A stretch of DNA of 64,000 nt from a virus (IMGVR_UViG_3300021387_000025:55956-119955), one strand, 5' to 3'; counted from the first letter of the stretch, positions 53,494 to 62,532 are shown. Numbers and translations are program-made. Notes: a model not told the origin generated them from the letters alone.

Positions 53494-53825
53494 TATCTTT
53501 TCTCCTTGTAAGTCATTTGACTAATAAGTTGTTTTAATTCATCAATAGATTTGTTAAAAGTTTCAGAAGTGACATATTGTTCATTATTAGGCGTAGTTGG
53601 CGGCGCAGGCACAATCTCTTTAAATTCAAAGATCTTAAAAGAAGCAACCTCTCCGCTTAAAGTTGCGCTTTTAACATAAAAACGAGGGTTCTATCGCTCC
53701 ATAAAAAATCCAGTGGCTCCTGGCGCGACGTAAGCATTTCTAGCATCTAATTCTGTTTCAACCCATATAATAGGCGTAGTTACTGGATTACTATAAGTTG
53801 TATTATACGGATAATTTACTGCCAT
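53493..53825 (-). CDS. Hypothetical protein, TAG-recoded
   Basis: 110 aa; AYVAPG..FYVKS..YVT..F; TAATG coupling. Confidence 0.7.
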
Positions 53826-54208
53826 TATTTTTCTCCTTTCTTCCAATAATATATTGGTATTTCGTCTCCACTATTCCAAGTATCATAATAATTACCATCA
53901 ATTACAGCAATTACATGGCTACCAGTTGCGAGCAAAAATTTTCCTTTTGGTTTATCTTTACAAAAATCTCTAACTGTATAACAATATGGACAAGTATTTG
54001 GAATTACTTCTCTAACATAACCTCTTTTCTACAGATAAGAACTCCAAACAGCATTAGATGAAGGCATATCACATAACAATAAGCCTTCATTACAAATATC
54101 CATATAAATGTCTTCCCAATAACCATTCGTGAGAATACAAATGCCGCGTATTACACAGTCTCCAACAATATTGCGTATTGGATTTGGATTAGAATAAATA
54201 TAAGCCAT
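53825..54208 (-). CDS. Putative cysteine peptidase-like protein, TAG-recoded
   Basis: NPNP..GDCVIR, GSHVIAV and YYDTWNS suggest a Cys-His-Asp triad. Confidence 0.65.
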
Positions 54209-54291
54209 TAGCTACTCCATGTAAAGACATTGACAATTTTACCTATTTCTATTTATATTATAACCAAAATTTAATAAAAATTCAAATTTTT

Positions 54292-54615
54292 TCACAAGTC
54301 AAAAAAAATTTTATTGTCAATACAATAAAATTTAACGCGATCTGCATCTAAAGGGTCAAATAAGTTATAAGCTTCCCACTCATAACATTCATATATTTCC
54401 TCTTTAGGTACAAGACCGCGTATATCGTAAAAATCTTCGTCAATTTTGGTTATAAAGTGATTGTCAATAGCTAAATAATAAATAGTTCCTGTGAACTTGG
54501 CGGCCAAGGCATGCGCGAAGACATAACAATCACCATTCAAATATTTTTCTTCATATTTAAGTGGATCATCCTACTTAAAATTTTCAATGATTTGGAGTAT
54601 TTCTTTTTGATCCAT
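54292..54615 (-). CDS. Hypothetical protein, TAG-recoded
   Basis: ATG at 54615, one TAG, extends the track ORF; GDCY.FA..NHF..FYDI.G. Confidence 0.65.
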
Positions 54616-54989
54616 TAAAATTCCTCACAAAAGCGATCAATAAAATCGTTCGGATCATCATTAAACTTAATAACTAAATCATTAGTTGTGTATTCGCCAG
54701 CTAAACTTTCATTAATATACCAAATATCATATGCAACATCGTCGATACGATTTAAATCATAAAACTCTTCAACCGTCGAAACTTTTTCTTCCTGATCTTC
54801 GTATTCAGATTTTGCTCTATCATACAATTCATCATGAATTTCAATGTGTGTATCAATAATATATAATGATTCATGTTCTGCGATATCTATGACCTCTATG
54901 AAATCATCAACATCAACTATCATTCGTGTGTATATACCATTGCGCCCTTCGTTTAATTTATCATAAGCATAAATTGCATATCTACCCAT
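54615..54989 (-). CDS. Acidic hypothetical protein
   Basis: True start ATG at 54989 with AAGGAG; the track start overlaps tRNA-Gln. Confidence 0.7.
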   Translation of the reverse strand: MGRYAIYAYDKLNEGRNGIYTRMIVDVDDFIEVIDIAEHESLYIIDTHIEIHDELYDRAKSEYEDQEEKVSTVEEFYDLNRIDDVAYDIWYINESLAGEYTTNDLVIKFNDDPNDFIDRFCEEF

Positions 54990-55019
54990 AAATCTTACTC
55001 CTTTAAAATTGTGTATTAA

Positions 55020-55091
55020 CAGCCCCGGATAGAGTTGGACTATCTCCTTGTGGGTCAAAGCCACACGCGCTAACCGTTACGCAACAGGGCT
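55020..55091 (-). tRNA. tRNA-Gln(TTG)
   Basis: TGTGG-CTTTGAC-CCACA; atypical T-loop TCCAACT. Confidence 0.75.
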
Positions 55092-55094
55092 AAA

Positions 55095-55970
55095 ATAGCG
55101 GCTGGTAACCAACCTAACGGCCGCCGCTATAGCCGCGATCATTGTGCCAGATCGAAAGCGGAAGTTTAATCTGTAACTTCCAAGCCGCGCTTATCTTATC
55201 GAGTGACCGCGTCCACACGACTATGACTTTTAGGTATGAGAGCATAGCTTCTCTTAAAACTTAGCTTGGTACGCATAAATATATAGAGGCGTGCTAAGGG
55301 AAGCAGGGAAGAGTTGCGGAGGGATCATCGGCCTCTTGCTTCGGGTCATTATTATTGACAGGTACCTCAACGCCGTAGAGCGAATCAACTCCCTTATGCC
55401 TTTGGGCTAAGATTTCCTTATGGTCTACAGTTGATCAAAATGAGGATTTATGCTGCGTACACCTTATGTCAGCCAACCTACTTCAAAAAACCCAATTCAA
55501 TACAAGTAAATCCTTGGTAAAAAACCTATCGTTCTTTTGTTCAAAAAATACCTTAAACCTAATAGATTTGTTCGGAATTGGCCAGTCCACGCAGAATATT
55601 AAGGCAGGTAGCGGCTCGTGCCTCTATTAGGTAGTATAGCTAAGTAACGCTGAGCCACAGCGAAATTCGAATTCCTACGACACCCAGCCTATCGTAGTTT
55701 AATTTGGTTTAAAGTCTAGAGCTGGAGTGGACTATCAAAAGCCTTTAAGTGTGCATGTTATACAGAGGCCTAAAGGAGTATAAAATTGATCGGGTGTGCA
55801 GTCAGCTAACCTCGTTTAAACCACGAGCGCTTCAATCACACGCATCCCTGATGGATTTCACAACCTTAGCACTGGGACTTCCGGTTTACCCTGTTAAGTT
55901 GGTCCTTAATATGTTCCATCGTACGGGCCCCTATTGTCTTGGTAACTTTTTAATGCTTGTTTACCGATCA
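55095..55970 (-). ncRNA. Putative large structured non-coding RNA region
   Basis: About 880 nt without credible ORF, GC-richer, many helices (e.g. TGATCGG/CCGATCA), upstream of tRNA-Gln. Confidence 0.45.
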
Positions 55971-55974
55971 TCAA

Positions 55975-56226
55975 TTAATTAATTGGTTCGCCCCATTCTG
56001 CTTCTGTAAATCTTTTAGCCAGATCTTCAGTAATAGCAATCGGGCCTTCTTCAAGAGCACACATTTTCATAGAAACAATATTCTCTACTCCATACATATA
56101 TTCTAATTCATGAGTACAACTTGCGTAGTTTTTTGCGTTACAAATAGTCCATTCTTTTTTCTGATCATAAGTTTCTTCGTCAACATATTCTACTTCGCAG
56201 ATATACAACTTAGTTTTTGTTTTCAT
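55975..56226 (-). CDS. Hypothetical protein
   Basis: ATG at 56226 after AAAGGAG; promoter upstream. Confidence 0.7.
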   Translation of the reverse strand: MKTKTKLYICEVEYVDEETYDQKKEWTICNAKNYASCTHELEYMYGVENIVSMKMCALEEGPIAITEDLAKRFTEAEWGEPIN

Positions 56227-56287
56227 AAGTTCTCCTTTCATTTTCTAAATATATTATACTATATATTTAAAAGAAAATCAAATTTTA

Positions 56288-56360
56288 ATGCCGCGGTAGG
56301 ACTTGAACCTACGACCTCTCCCCTATATGGGAGCGCTCTATCCTTCTGAACTACACGGCG
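56288..56360 (-). tRNA. tRNA-like gene, undetermined anticodon (6-nt loop)
   Basis: Good D and T arms; CTCCC-ATATAG-GGGAG. Confidence 0.6.
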
Positions 56361-56672
56361 AATCTCCTTGTTTGTACTAAGGTTGGAGATAAAACCCGTT
56401 AGAAACTCTACAACTGCACTTGAAGTAGAGACGACGATTCCCAAAGGGAATAACTGCGTTGTTGGGATCAACACTTTACTTTCCCATCGTCTATTAATGC
56501 TACTTTCCGCGGCGGTGGTGACCATATTAACCACTTTTCGATTGTCACTTATAGGTGCGACCTATAGAGGTGGCGAGGACTACCAGTACTTTCCTCCCCT
56601 GCCGCTAGGCTTTCACTTACATTAAGCGGTTGCTTTTCTTAGATATCAATCCGAAAAGACTTACTGCCACAA

Positions 56673-56746
56673 TACGCCCCCAGGGAGTCGAACCCCGTGT
56701 CATCGGATATAAGCCGATTCCCCAAATACCGTCGAGGACAAGGCGC
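56673..56746 (-). tRNA. tRNA-Ile(TAT)
   Basis: ATCGG-CTTATAT-CCGAT. Confidence 0.75.
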
Positions 56747-56747
56747 G

Positions 56748-56830
56748 TGCAGGAAGCGGGACTTGAACCCACACGAGCGTACGCTCCGGCGCTTTTGAGG
56801 CGCCTGCCTCTCCCATTTAGCAATTCCTGC
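56748..56830 (-). tRNA. tRNA-Leu(CAA)
   Basis: GGCGC-CTCAAAA-GCGCC, long variable arm. Confidence 0.85.
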
Positions 56831-56834
56831 AAAA

Positions 56835-56917
56835 TCGGCCGGGTTGGACTCGAACCAACGATGTTTCTGGTGTGGCAAATTTACAGTCTGCTGCAGTCGC
56901 CGCTGTGCCACCGACCG
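56835..56917 (-). tRNA. tRNA-Tyr(GTA)
   Basis: GCAGA-CTGTAAA-TTTGC; C1:G72. Confidence 0.85.
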
Positions 56918-56924
56918 ATAAAAA

Positions 56925-56999
56925 TACCACAGGTGGGATTCGAACCCACACTTGTGCGATCTTAAGTCGCATGCCTGCTGCCAGTTGGGCTACTGTGGC
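56925..56999 (-). tRNA. tRNA-Leu(TAA), short variable loop
   Basis: TGCGA-CTTAAGA-TCGCA. Confidence 0.85.
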
Positions 57000-57002
57000 A
57001 AA

Positions 57003-57293
57003 TTATTTACTTTTACAGCATTTTAACCAATAACGATAAAAATCTTTTAAGGTAGGATAGCGATCTCTTAAATACTGATTATCGCCACGTTCCCATGAAG
57101 CTTTTGCTTCTTCCCAAGTCCAACGATTAATGAAATCATGAATATCCCAAGATTCGAAGACTTTTTTGTAAGCACCACCATTAGGCAAATCTTCTGTATT
57201 TCTAACTTTTTTATTGGCAAACTTTTTGCTTTCTTGTGTTGATCCAGGAGATCCATCTGTATAATATGGATTTTTCTTATATGATCTGCTCAT
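57003..57293 (-). CDS. Hypothetical protein
   Basis: MSRSYKK..KKFANKKVR..GGAYKK..WDI, AAGGAG RBS. Confidence 0.75.
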   Translation of the reverse strand: MSRSYKKNPYYTDGSPGSTQESKKFANKKVRNTEDLPNGGAYKKVFESWDIHDFINRWTWEEAKASWERGDNQYLRDRYPTLKDFYRYWLKCCKSK

Positions 57294-57307
57294 TTAATTC
57301 TCCTTTG

Positions 57308-57381
57308 TAACTCCTCGGGGAGTCGAACCCACGATTTTGACCTTGAAAGGGTCATGACCTAGCCATTTAGTCGAAGGAGTC
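57308..57381 (-). tRNA. tRNA-Glu(TTC)
   Basis: TGACC-CTTTCAA-GGTCA. Confidence 0.85.
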
Positions 57382-57384
57382 ATA

Positions 57385-57456
57385 AGCAAGTAGTGGGAAT
57401 TGAACCCGCATTTCAACTTTGGCAAAGTTGTGTAATGACCATTATACTATACCTGC
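57385..57456 (-). tRNA. tRNA-Gly(GCC)
   Basis: CAACT-TTGCCAA-AGTTG. Confidence 0.85.
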
Positions 57457-57554
57457 GCGCTAGTAGTTTCTTTGTAATGGGAAACGATCTATTAAAGACC
57501 ATAAGCGGTTTTGCCGGTAGCGACCCGACTACAGAAGGACACTCAGCCACCTCG

Positions 57555-57627
57555 TGCTTCCCGAGAGACTTGAACTCCCAACCTATGGCGTATGAAACCA
57601 TTGCGCTAACCATTGCGCCAGAGAAGC
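57555..57627 (-). tRNA. tRNA-Met/Ile2(CAT)
   Basis: ATGGT-TTCATAC-GCCAT. Confidence 0.85.
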
Positions 57628-57633
57628 TTAAAA

Positions 57634-57709
57634 ACTAATTGTGTAGGAATCGAACCTACCATCTTCACTGCTCGAGTGCTGCTGTGCATCCTTGCAAGCT
57701 CACAATTAG
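57634..57709 (-). tRNA. Atypical tRNA-like gene (8-bp acceptor, degenerate anticodon arm)
   Basis: CTAATTGT/ACAATTAG, canonical T arm, CAC-TCGAGCA-GTG. Confidence 0.45.
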
Positions 57710-58179
57710 TGAGGTCTGCGCAAACCTCGTGGTTTTCCTCAATACAGTTTCCTTGCTCTCCCGATGCTTTTATATACCGAGCCAGGATGGACGCGGTCTG
57801 GACTATCCAAATTTTTTTTGACTATACAATTTCCGTCTTACCAGATTCTTGTTTTACTTATGCTGGAACTTCTCGCAGGTCATGACTCCTGCATCAGATA
57901 TTAGGCAATCAATCTATAAGGTTTGCCAGGTCTACCCGAAATTGTGCACCCCGCGCGTCAAGGAATAGTCAAATATTCGTTTTTATACTTTTTGGTACGA
58001 ATAAACCTCACCTACAGCTGTCGTCGCTCACAAGACACAATATTAATCTCAGGCCCAGAGTTTCCTTATCCTGTTTCTATTAAAGTCACAATGCTTTAAT
58101 CTGTGGTCACTTAATATTGCCGCGCGGCCTCATCCGCGCCAGTCATATCCTGTCAATTCAGGCTTTATGTAGGTTGAAA

Positions 58180-58253
58180 CGTCCCGAGCGGGGATCGAAC
58201 CCGCGATCTCCAGGTTGACAGCCTGGTGTTCTAACCAACTGAACTATCGGCAC
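58180..58253 (-). tRNA. tRNA-Asp(GTC)
   Basis: CCAGG-CTGTCAA-CCTGG. Confidence 0.9.
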
Positions 58254-58478
58254 ATAAATAACTAGATTAACTTCAAACTAGTCTTGGAACTCCAGTATGC
58301 TGCAACTTCTGGCACTTTCCTTTCTCACTCTCACGGCTTGCAGACCGGAAGGAGGAAGCTTTTACCCCATACGCACCTCAGTTCTGTTTTCCCCATTATG
58401 CCTAGGGGTGTCCACCTATTACATATGTTTTTCTTAGGGCTTGCCGCGCTTGTCGCGTAAGGTGGCGGATCACCTCAG

Positions 58479-58579
58479 TAGCAGATGTAGGTATTGCACC
58501 TACCGAGAGATTTACGTCATATGGAGACAACTCACGGGCCATTGATGTCCGCCTGCCTCTTTAACAGTTTAATCTGCCA
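58479..58579 (-). tRNA. Atypical tRNA-like gene (Sec-like outline)
   Basis: TGGCAGAT/ATCTGCTA acceptor, GTAGG-TGCAATA-CCTAC, long extra arm, GGACATCAA anticodon region. Confidence 0.4.
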
Positions 58580-58580
58580 G

Positions 58581-58652
58581 TGGACACGGTGGGATTCGAA
58601 CCCAATCTTCCTGATTGCAAGTCAAGCGCTCTCCCAATTGAGCTACCGGCCC
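58581..58652 (-). tRNA. tRNA-Ala(TGC)
   Basis: CTTGA-CTTGCAA-TCAGG; G3:U70. Confidence 0.85.
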
Positions 58653-58756
58653 ATATTCCATTTTTGTTCTTAGAAGAGAATGGTAACTCCACCTGGTCTT
58701 ACAACAGTTCAGTTTAAAGTCCTAACTGGGATGGCAGCAAACTATAAAGGACTAAA

Positions 58757-58830
58757 CGGCCCCTCACGGACTTGAACCGCGGACCTCTCGCTTAACAGGC
58801 GCTCGCTCTAACCAACTGAGCTAAGGGGCC
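58757..58830 (-). tRNA. tRNA-Asn(GTT)
   Basis: CGC-CTGTTAA-GCG; GGCCCCT/AGGGGCC acceptor. Confidence 0.85.
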
Positions 58831-58833
58831 AGA

Positions 58834-58907
58834 TACCCCAAGTAGGATTCGAACCCGCACTAAACAGATCCTAAGTCTGTCGCCTCTACCATTTGGGCTA
58901 TTAGGGC
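58834..58907 (-). tRNA. tRNA-Leu(TAG), short variable loop
   Basis: ACAGA-CTTAGGA-TCTGT. Confidence 0.85.
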
Positions 58908-59035
58908 AAATTAAACGCATTGGTTATTGTTCCACTATCAACTACTTACAGGGTCCTCTTACCCAAGCCAATTTATTTATTTCTCTCTCACTTTCTATAA
59001 ATATTATATAATATTTATAAAAAAATATCAAATTT

Positions 59036-59824
59036 TTATTCTTCTATTTTTCTTAAATATGGTTCGTGTGACATAACATCAGATACATATTTTGCATTAT
59101 AGGCGCCATAATCACTTTGCATATGACGAGAAATCATTTCATACACATCAAGTCCCATATTCGCCCTATTTGCCATATTTTCTGTAAATACATCAATTTG
59201 TGCATATGGATCAAAAATATCTCCACGATTCCAATCCCAAAATCTCATTCGAAACTAAAATAAACCATAATCGAGACCATCATTAGAAACATCATACTAA
59301 TTAAATTGCGATTCCTACCACGCGATCATAATTGCATACGGCATAAACCATTCAATTTCATAATCTTGCAATTTCTCATACAAATAAATTTGAATATCTA
59401 AACTTAATGTCTCCGTGCCAACAGCATATATTTCAATTTTTTCTTCGGATGAAATAGTATCATTAGAATCTATTTCTTTCTACTGTTCTTTTTCTTTTAT
59501 CTTTCGTACCAATGAACTCTTGAAAAAATCAATTCGTTCTCTTTTATAAATCGAAGTTGTGAACGCCATCTCTTTGGAGCAAGAATCCTCCAATGACTTG
59601 TCTTCCTCTAAAGACTTTTTCTCCACTTCTGTCTCTAAGTCATATTCTCGACTTTCTTCTTCAACTAACGTCTATTCATAAATTTTATACCACTCCTAAA
59701 ACTATTCAGGATTTTCACAAGGCATCCCACTTTTATATGGTTTTCGCGCCATGTAAGGCAGTATATAAGAAAATAACATAAAAAATAATAATACTAATGC
59801 AATTATTTTTTTAATTAGATTCAT
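59036..59824 (-). CDS. Membrane-anchored lytic transglycosylase (SLT-like), TAG-recoded
   Basis: 262 aa; N-terminal hydrophobic anchor; IAW[TAG]ESQFN..DYGLF[TAG]F corresponds to the QES and GLFQ motifs. Confidence 0.75.
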
Positions 59825-59963
59825 TTTTCTTCTTCTTTTCCCACTCCTTACAAGAATTATTTTTATTAACATTTTCATAAGAAAGAGGAGACTTGAAATT
59901 TTTACAAAGATTATTTTTGTAATAGAAACAATTAGAACAATTACAAATAGTAATATTATCCAT
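59811..59963 (-). CDS. Small Cys-rich protein
   Basis: ATG at 59963 after AAAGGAG; the rest of the track ORF overlaps tRNAs. Confidence 0.55.
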   Translation of the reverse strand: MDNITICNCSNCFYYKNNLCKNFKSPLSYENVNKNNSCKEWEKKKKNESN

Positions 59964-59984
59964 ATTATACTCCTTTCTTAGTAA

Positions 59985-60055
59985 TAGAAAACGTCGGATT
60001 CGAACCGCGACTCCGCATCCCAAATGCGGTGTGTTACCATTACACCACGTTCTCT
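59985..60055 (-). tRNA. tRNA-Pro(TGG)
   Basis: CCGCA-TTTGGGA-TGCGG. Confidence 0.8.
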
Positions 60056-60060
60056 TTAAA

Positions 60061-60166
60061 TTCGGGCAAGGATTTGCACCTTGCATGGCATACGGCGTTT
60101 GCCACCGTTCCAATTTCCTTCGTTGTAGGTCTATATACTGTTGCGTCTACCTATTCCGCCACCGAA
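60061..60166 (-). tRNA. Atypical Leu-like tRNA-like gene with expanded centre
   Basis: Leu-type D arm GGCGGAATAGGTAGACGC, T arm with TGCAAAT loop, no regular anticodon arm. Confidence 0.45.
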
Positions 60167-60237
60167 AGTATCTGACGGGAATTGAACCCGCACCCACAGC
60201 TTGGAAGGCTATTACGCTACCATTACGCCACAGATAC
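60167..60237 (-). tRNA. tRNA-Gly(TCC)
   Basis: ATAGC-CTTCCAA-GCTGT. Confidence 0.85.
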
Positions 60238-60240
60238 ATA

Positions 60241-60316
60241 CACGAGCAGTAGGATTCGAACCTACACCGCAAACCGTTTAAGGGATTGCATTACTACCAC
60301 TTCATACTATGCTCGC
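60241..60316 (-). tRNA. Atypical tRNA, anticodon TAA in an extended stem
   Basis: GCAATCC-CTTAAAC-GGTTTGC; G73. Confidence 0.55.
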
Positions 60317-60318
60317 AG

Positions 60319-60391
60319 AGCCGGCGAAGGGAGTCGAACCCTTAACCTACTGATTACAGGTCAGTTGCGCTGCCAATTGCGCCACGCCGGC
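60319..60391 (-). tRNA. tRNA-Thr(TGT)
   Basis: ACTGA-CCTGTAA-TCAGT. Confidence 0.9.
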
Positions 60392-60531
60392 ATATTGTGC
60401 GGCCCAACCCGCACAGGCAGAGATCTTTCTCTGGAGTTTCCCAACTTTTTTAAAGTCCACTGACTGACGTGCCTCGAAAAGGGCTAATAAGAAACAAAGC
60501 TTCGATATTTGGACGCCAACAACATTCAGTA

Positions 60532-60855
60532 TTAGGTGGTGGAACTTATAATATAGTCATATACTTCTTCAGTAGAATAAAAATGAATTTCTTCCTTGTT
60601 TGCATCAGTGTAAGGCATTGTTATAAATTCTCCTCCGGCAGTAAAAATCCAATAGTCAAGCGGAGTACCAAACCAATTATCATACATATCGTCTGAAAAT
60701 TCACATAATTTATCAACTAAAGTGTAATAACCATCAAACCAATTATCAAAAACACATTCTGACACTTCAAAATGAGAAGTAATTTCACAAATCTTTTTGT
60801 GCATAGAAACAAGATTGTCTACGTTTTCAACAAACTGCTCTTTTGTCAATTTCAT
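60532..60855 (-). CDS. Hypothetical protein
   Basis: Track ORF with RBS. Confidence 0.7.
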   Translation of the reverse strand: MKLTKEQFVENVDNLVSMHKKICEITSHFEVSECVFDNWFDGYYTLVDKLCEFSDDMYDNWFGTPLDYWIFTAGGEFITMPYTDANKEEIHFYSTEEVYDYIISSTT

Positions 60856-60894
60856 TAAAACTTTTTTCCTCTCACTTATTATGTAAATATTATA

Positions 60895-61563
60895 TTATAA
60901 ATTTCTAATTTTTTCAAGTGTTTTATAATGATAATTTTTTGTTTCTGAAAGAATACCTACTTTAATTAATATACCTAAATTAATTGGCATCCACTCAATA
61001 TTATCCGCAGCTAAATTGATATGAGCCATATCAGGTACTGCTGGTGCATTATGAACATGCCCATGAATATTTATACAAATATCTTCAAGTCCATAAATAG
61101 GCTCGTGCGAAAGCAAAATACGATCAGCAATAAATAGCGGCCCGTTATAAACCTCATCAAAATATCCTGTTCTGGCATAAACTGCCACTTTTAAACCATG
61201 TTCTTCACCTATATAAAGCTCTTTATTAGTCTGTATTAGTTTTTTTGCGTCATCAGGATATAGAAAATCTAAAAACTGTCCTCCCTTTAAATAGTTAGAC
61301 ACTCCAGAATCATGATTTCCAGTAATCAAAACTTTATAACAATTAAATCTATTAAAATATTTTGGATCTCCAACATCGCCAAGACAAATTAATGTATCAT
61401 TTTTTCCAATTCTTGGTTTAATATTTTTTATATAAGTTTCAGGATCGGGCCAATTAGGATTCATAATTTTACAATCTGGATCGTCAAAATGAGGGTCACT
61501 AATAATCCAAATAGCGCCTTTTTCTGCCCATGATTGAAATTTTGGATATAATGATTTAATCAT
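60895..61563 (-). CDS. Calcineurin-like metallophosphoesterase
   Basis: SDPHF, LGDVG, GNHD, SHEP and HGHVH motifs. Confidence 0.85.
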   Translation of the reverse strand: MIKSLYPKFQSWAEKGAIWIISDPHFDDPDCKIMNPNWPDPETYIKNIKPRIGKNDTLICLGDVGDPKYFNRFNCYKVLITGNHDSGVSNYLKGGQFLDFLYPDDAKKLIQTNKELYIGEEHGLKVAVYARTGYFDEVYNGPLFIADRILLSHEPIYGLEDICINIHGHVHNAPAVPDMAHINLAADNIEWMPINLGILIKVGILSETKNYHYKTLEKIRNL

Positions 61564-61573
61564 AAATTCTCCT

Positions 61574-61846
61574 TTATTTTGCTGTCGCTGTTTCTGATTT
61601 TATTGAGCCTGGTTCAACTGCAGTTCCTTCGGCATAAGTTACGCCTTGCGCGCAAGTTATTTTATCCCAATTTGGAAAATATGGATCATCCCAAGTTGGA
61701 TAATATGGATAAGAAAAATCAGTACAAAAACTACCTGTACGATCACAAATTCCACAAGGAAGCCTATACTTACAAGTAGAGTTAAAATTTGTTTTTAATG
61801 TATATGATTTTGAAGTTGAAGTTGAAGTTGTATTATCTTCTCTCAT
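61574..61846 (-). CDS. Hypothetical protein
   Basis: AAGGAGG RBS; CKYRLPCGIC. Confidence 0.7.
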   Translation of the reverse strand: MREDNTTSTSTSKSYTLKTNFNSTCKYRLPCGICDRTGSFCTDFSYPYYPTWDDPYFPNWDKITCAQGVTYAEGTAVEPGSIKSETATAK

Positions 61847-61866
61847 TTTTATTCCTCCTTAGTTTA

Positions 61867-61954
61867 CGGAAAGGGCGGGATTTGAACCCGCGCACCGCGC
61901 AAACAGCCTAACGCCTTAGCAGGGCGTCCTCTTCAACCACTTGAGTACCTTTCC
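61867..61954 (-). tRNA. tRNA-Ser(GCT)
   Basis: ACGCC-CTGCTAA-GGCGT, long variable arm. Confidence 0.9.
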
Positions 61955-61957
61955 ATA

Positions 61958-62030
61958 TGGCTGGAGTTGGAGTCGAACCAACGTGAGTGGATTTTCAGTC
62001 CACCGCCCCGACCGCGTAGACCATCCAGCC
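61958..62030 (-). tRNA. tRNA-Phe(GAA)
   Basis: GTGGA-CTGAAAA-TCCAC. Confidence 0.85.
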
Positions 62031-62034
62031 ATAA

Positions 62035-62105
62035 AGACAATGATAGGATTTGAACCTATAATCACTGGGTTGCAACCAGCCGCCTTGCCATTTGGCTACA
62101 TTGCC
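62035..62105 (-). tRNA. tRNA-Cys(GCA)
   Basis: GCTGG-TTGCAAC-CCAGT; U73. Confidence 0.9.
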
Positions 62106-62108
62106 TTA

Positions 62109-62194
62109 CGACAGGGGAGGGATTCGAACCCTCGGTGCGTTTCCGCACACTGATTTTCAAGACCAGCTCCATAAGCCAGCTAGGAGACCCTGCC
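62109..62194 (-). tRNA. tRNA-Ser(TGA)
   Basis: CTGGT-CTTGAAA-ATCAG, long variable arm. Confidence 0.85.
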
Positions 62195-62199
62195 ATTGA

Positions 62200-62532
62200 T
62201 TAAAGTTTAGCACAAATAGAACTCAAATGCTCAAGAGCCATACGAAATTCAGTAAAAGAATCATCAACATAAGACTTCAACGAATCATACTTTGCGCTCA
62301 TTTCATTTGTCTTTTCAACCCATTCAATATATTTTTCCATTGCTCGATTATTACGTTTCTGCGCCACCTTTACTGCACAACGCGCCGCCGCCAAACGTTT
62401 GCCTGTCTCTTCGTCAAACGTATCTCTTGGATCACATTTAGCAATTCCACGTACAGTTTTACCTGCATAGGTTGTCACTGCTACAACAATACCATGTTCT
62501 TTACTTACATAATACTTATAATTGTCAAACAT
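62200..62532 (-). CDS. Hypothetical protein
   Basis: TYAGKTVRGIAKCDPRDTFDEETGKRLA, a recurrent phage family. Confidence 0.75.
   Translation of the reverse strand: MFDNYKYYVSKEHGIVVAVTTYAGKTVRGIAKCDPRDTFDEETGKRLAAARCAVKVAQKRNNRAMEKYIEWVEKTNEMSAKYDSLKSYVDDSFTEFRMALEHLSSICAKL

Noticed and set aside
56560-56610. RNase P RNA (GAGGAAAGT)
   Set aside because: The motif does not continue as GAGGAAAGTCC and I found no matching 3' P4 element.
58700-58756. Theta ribozyme after tRNA-Asn
   Set aside because: A pseudoknot is possible (AGTCCT/AGGACT, CAGTT/AACTG), but it lacks the P1.1 G residues and a suitably placed G1.
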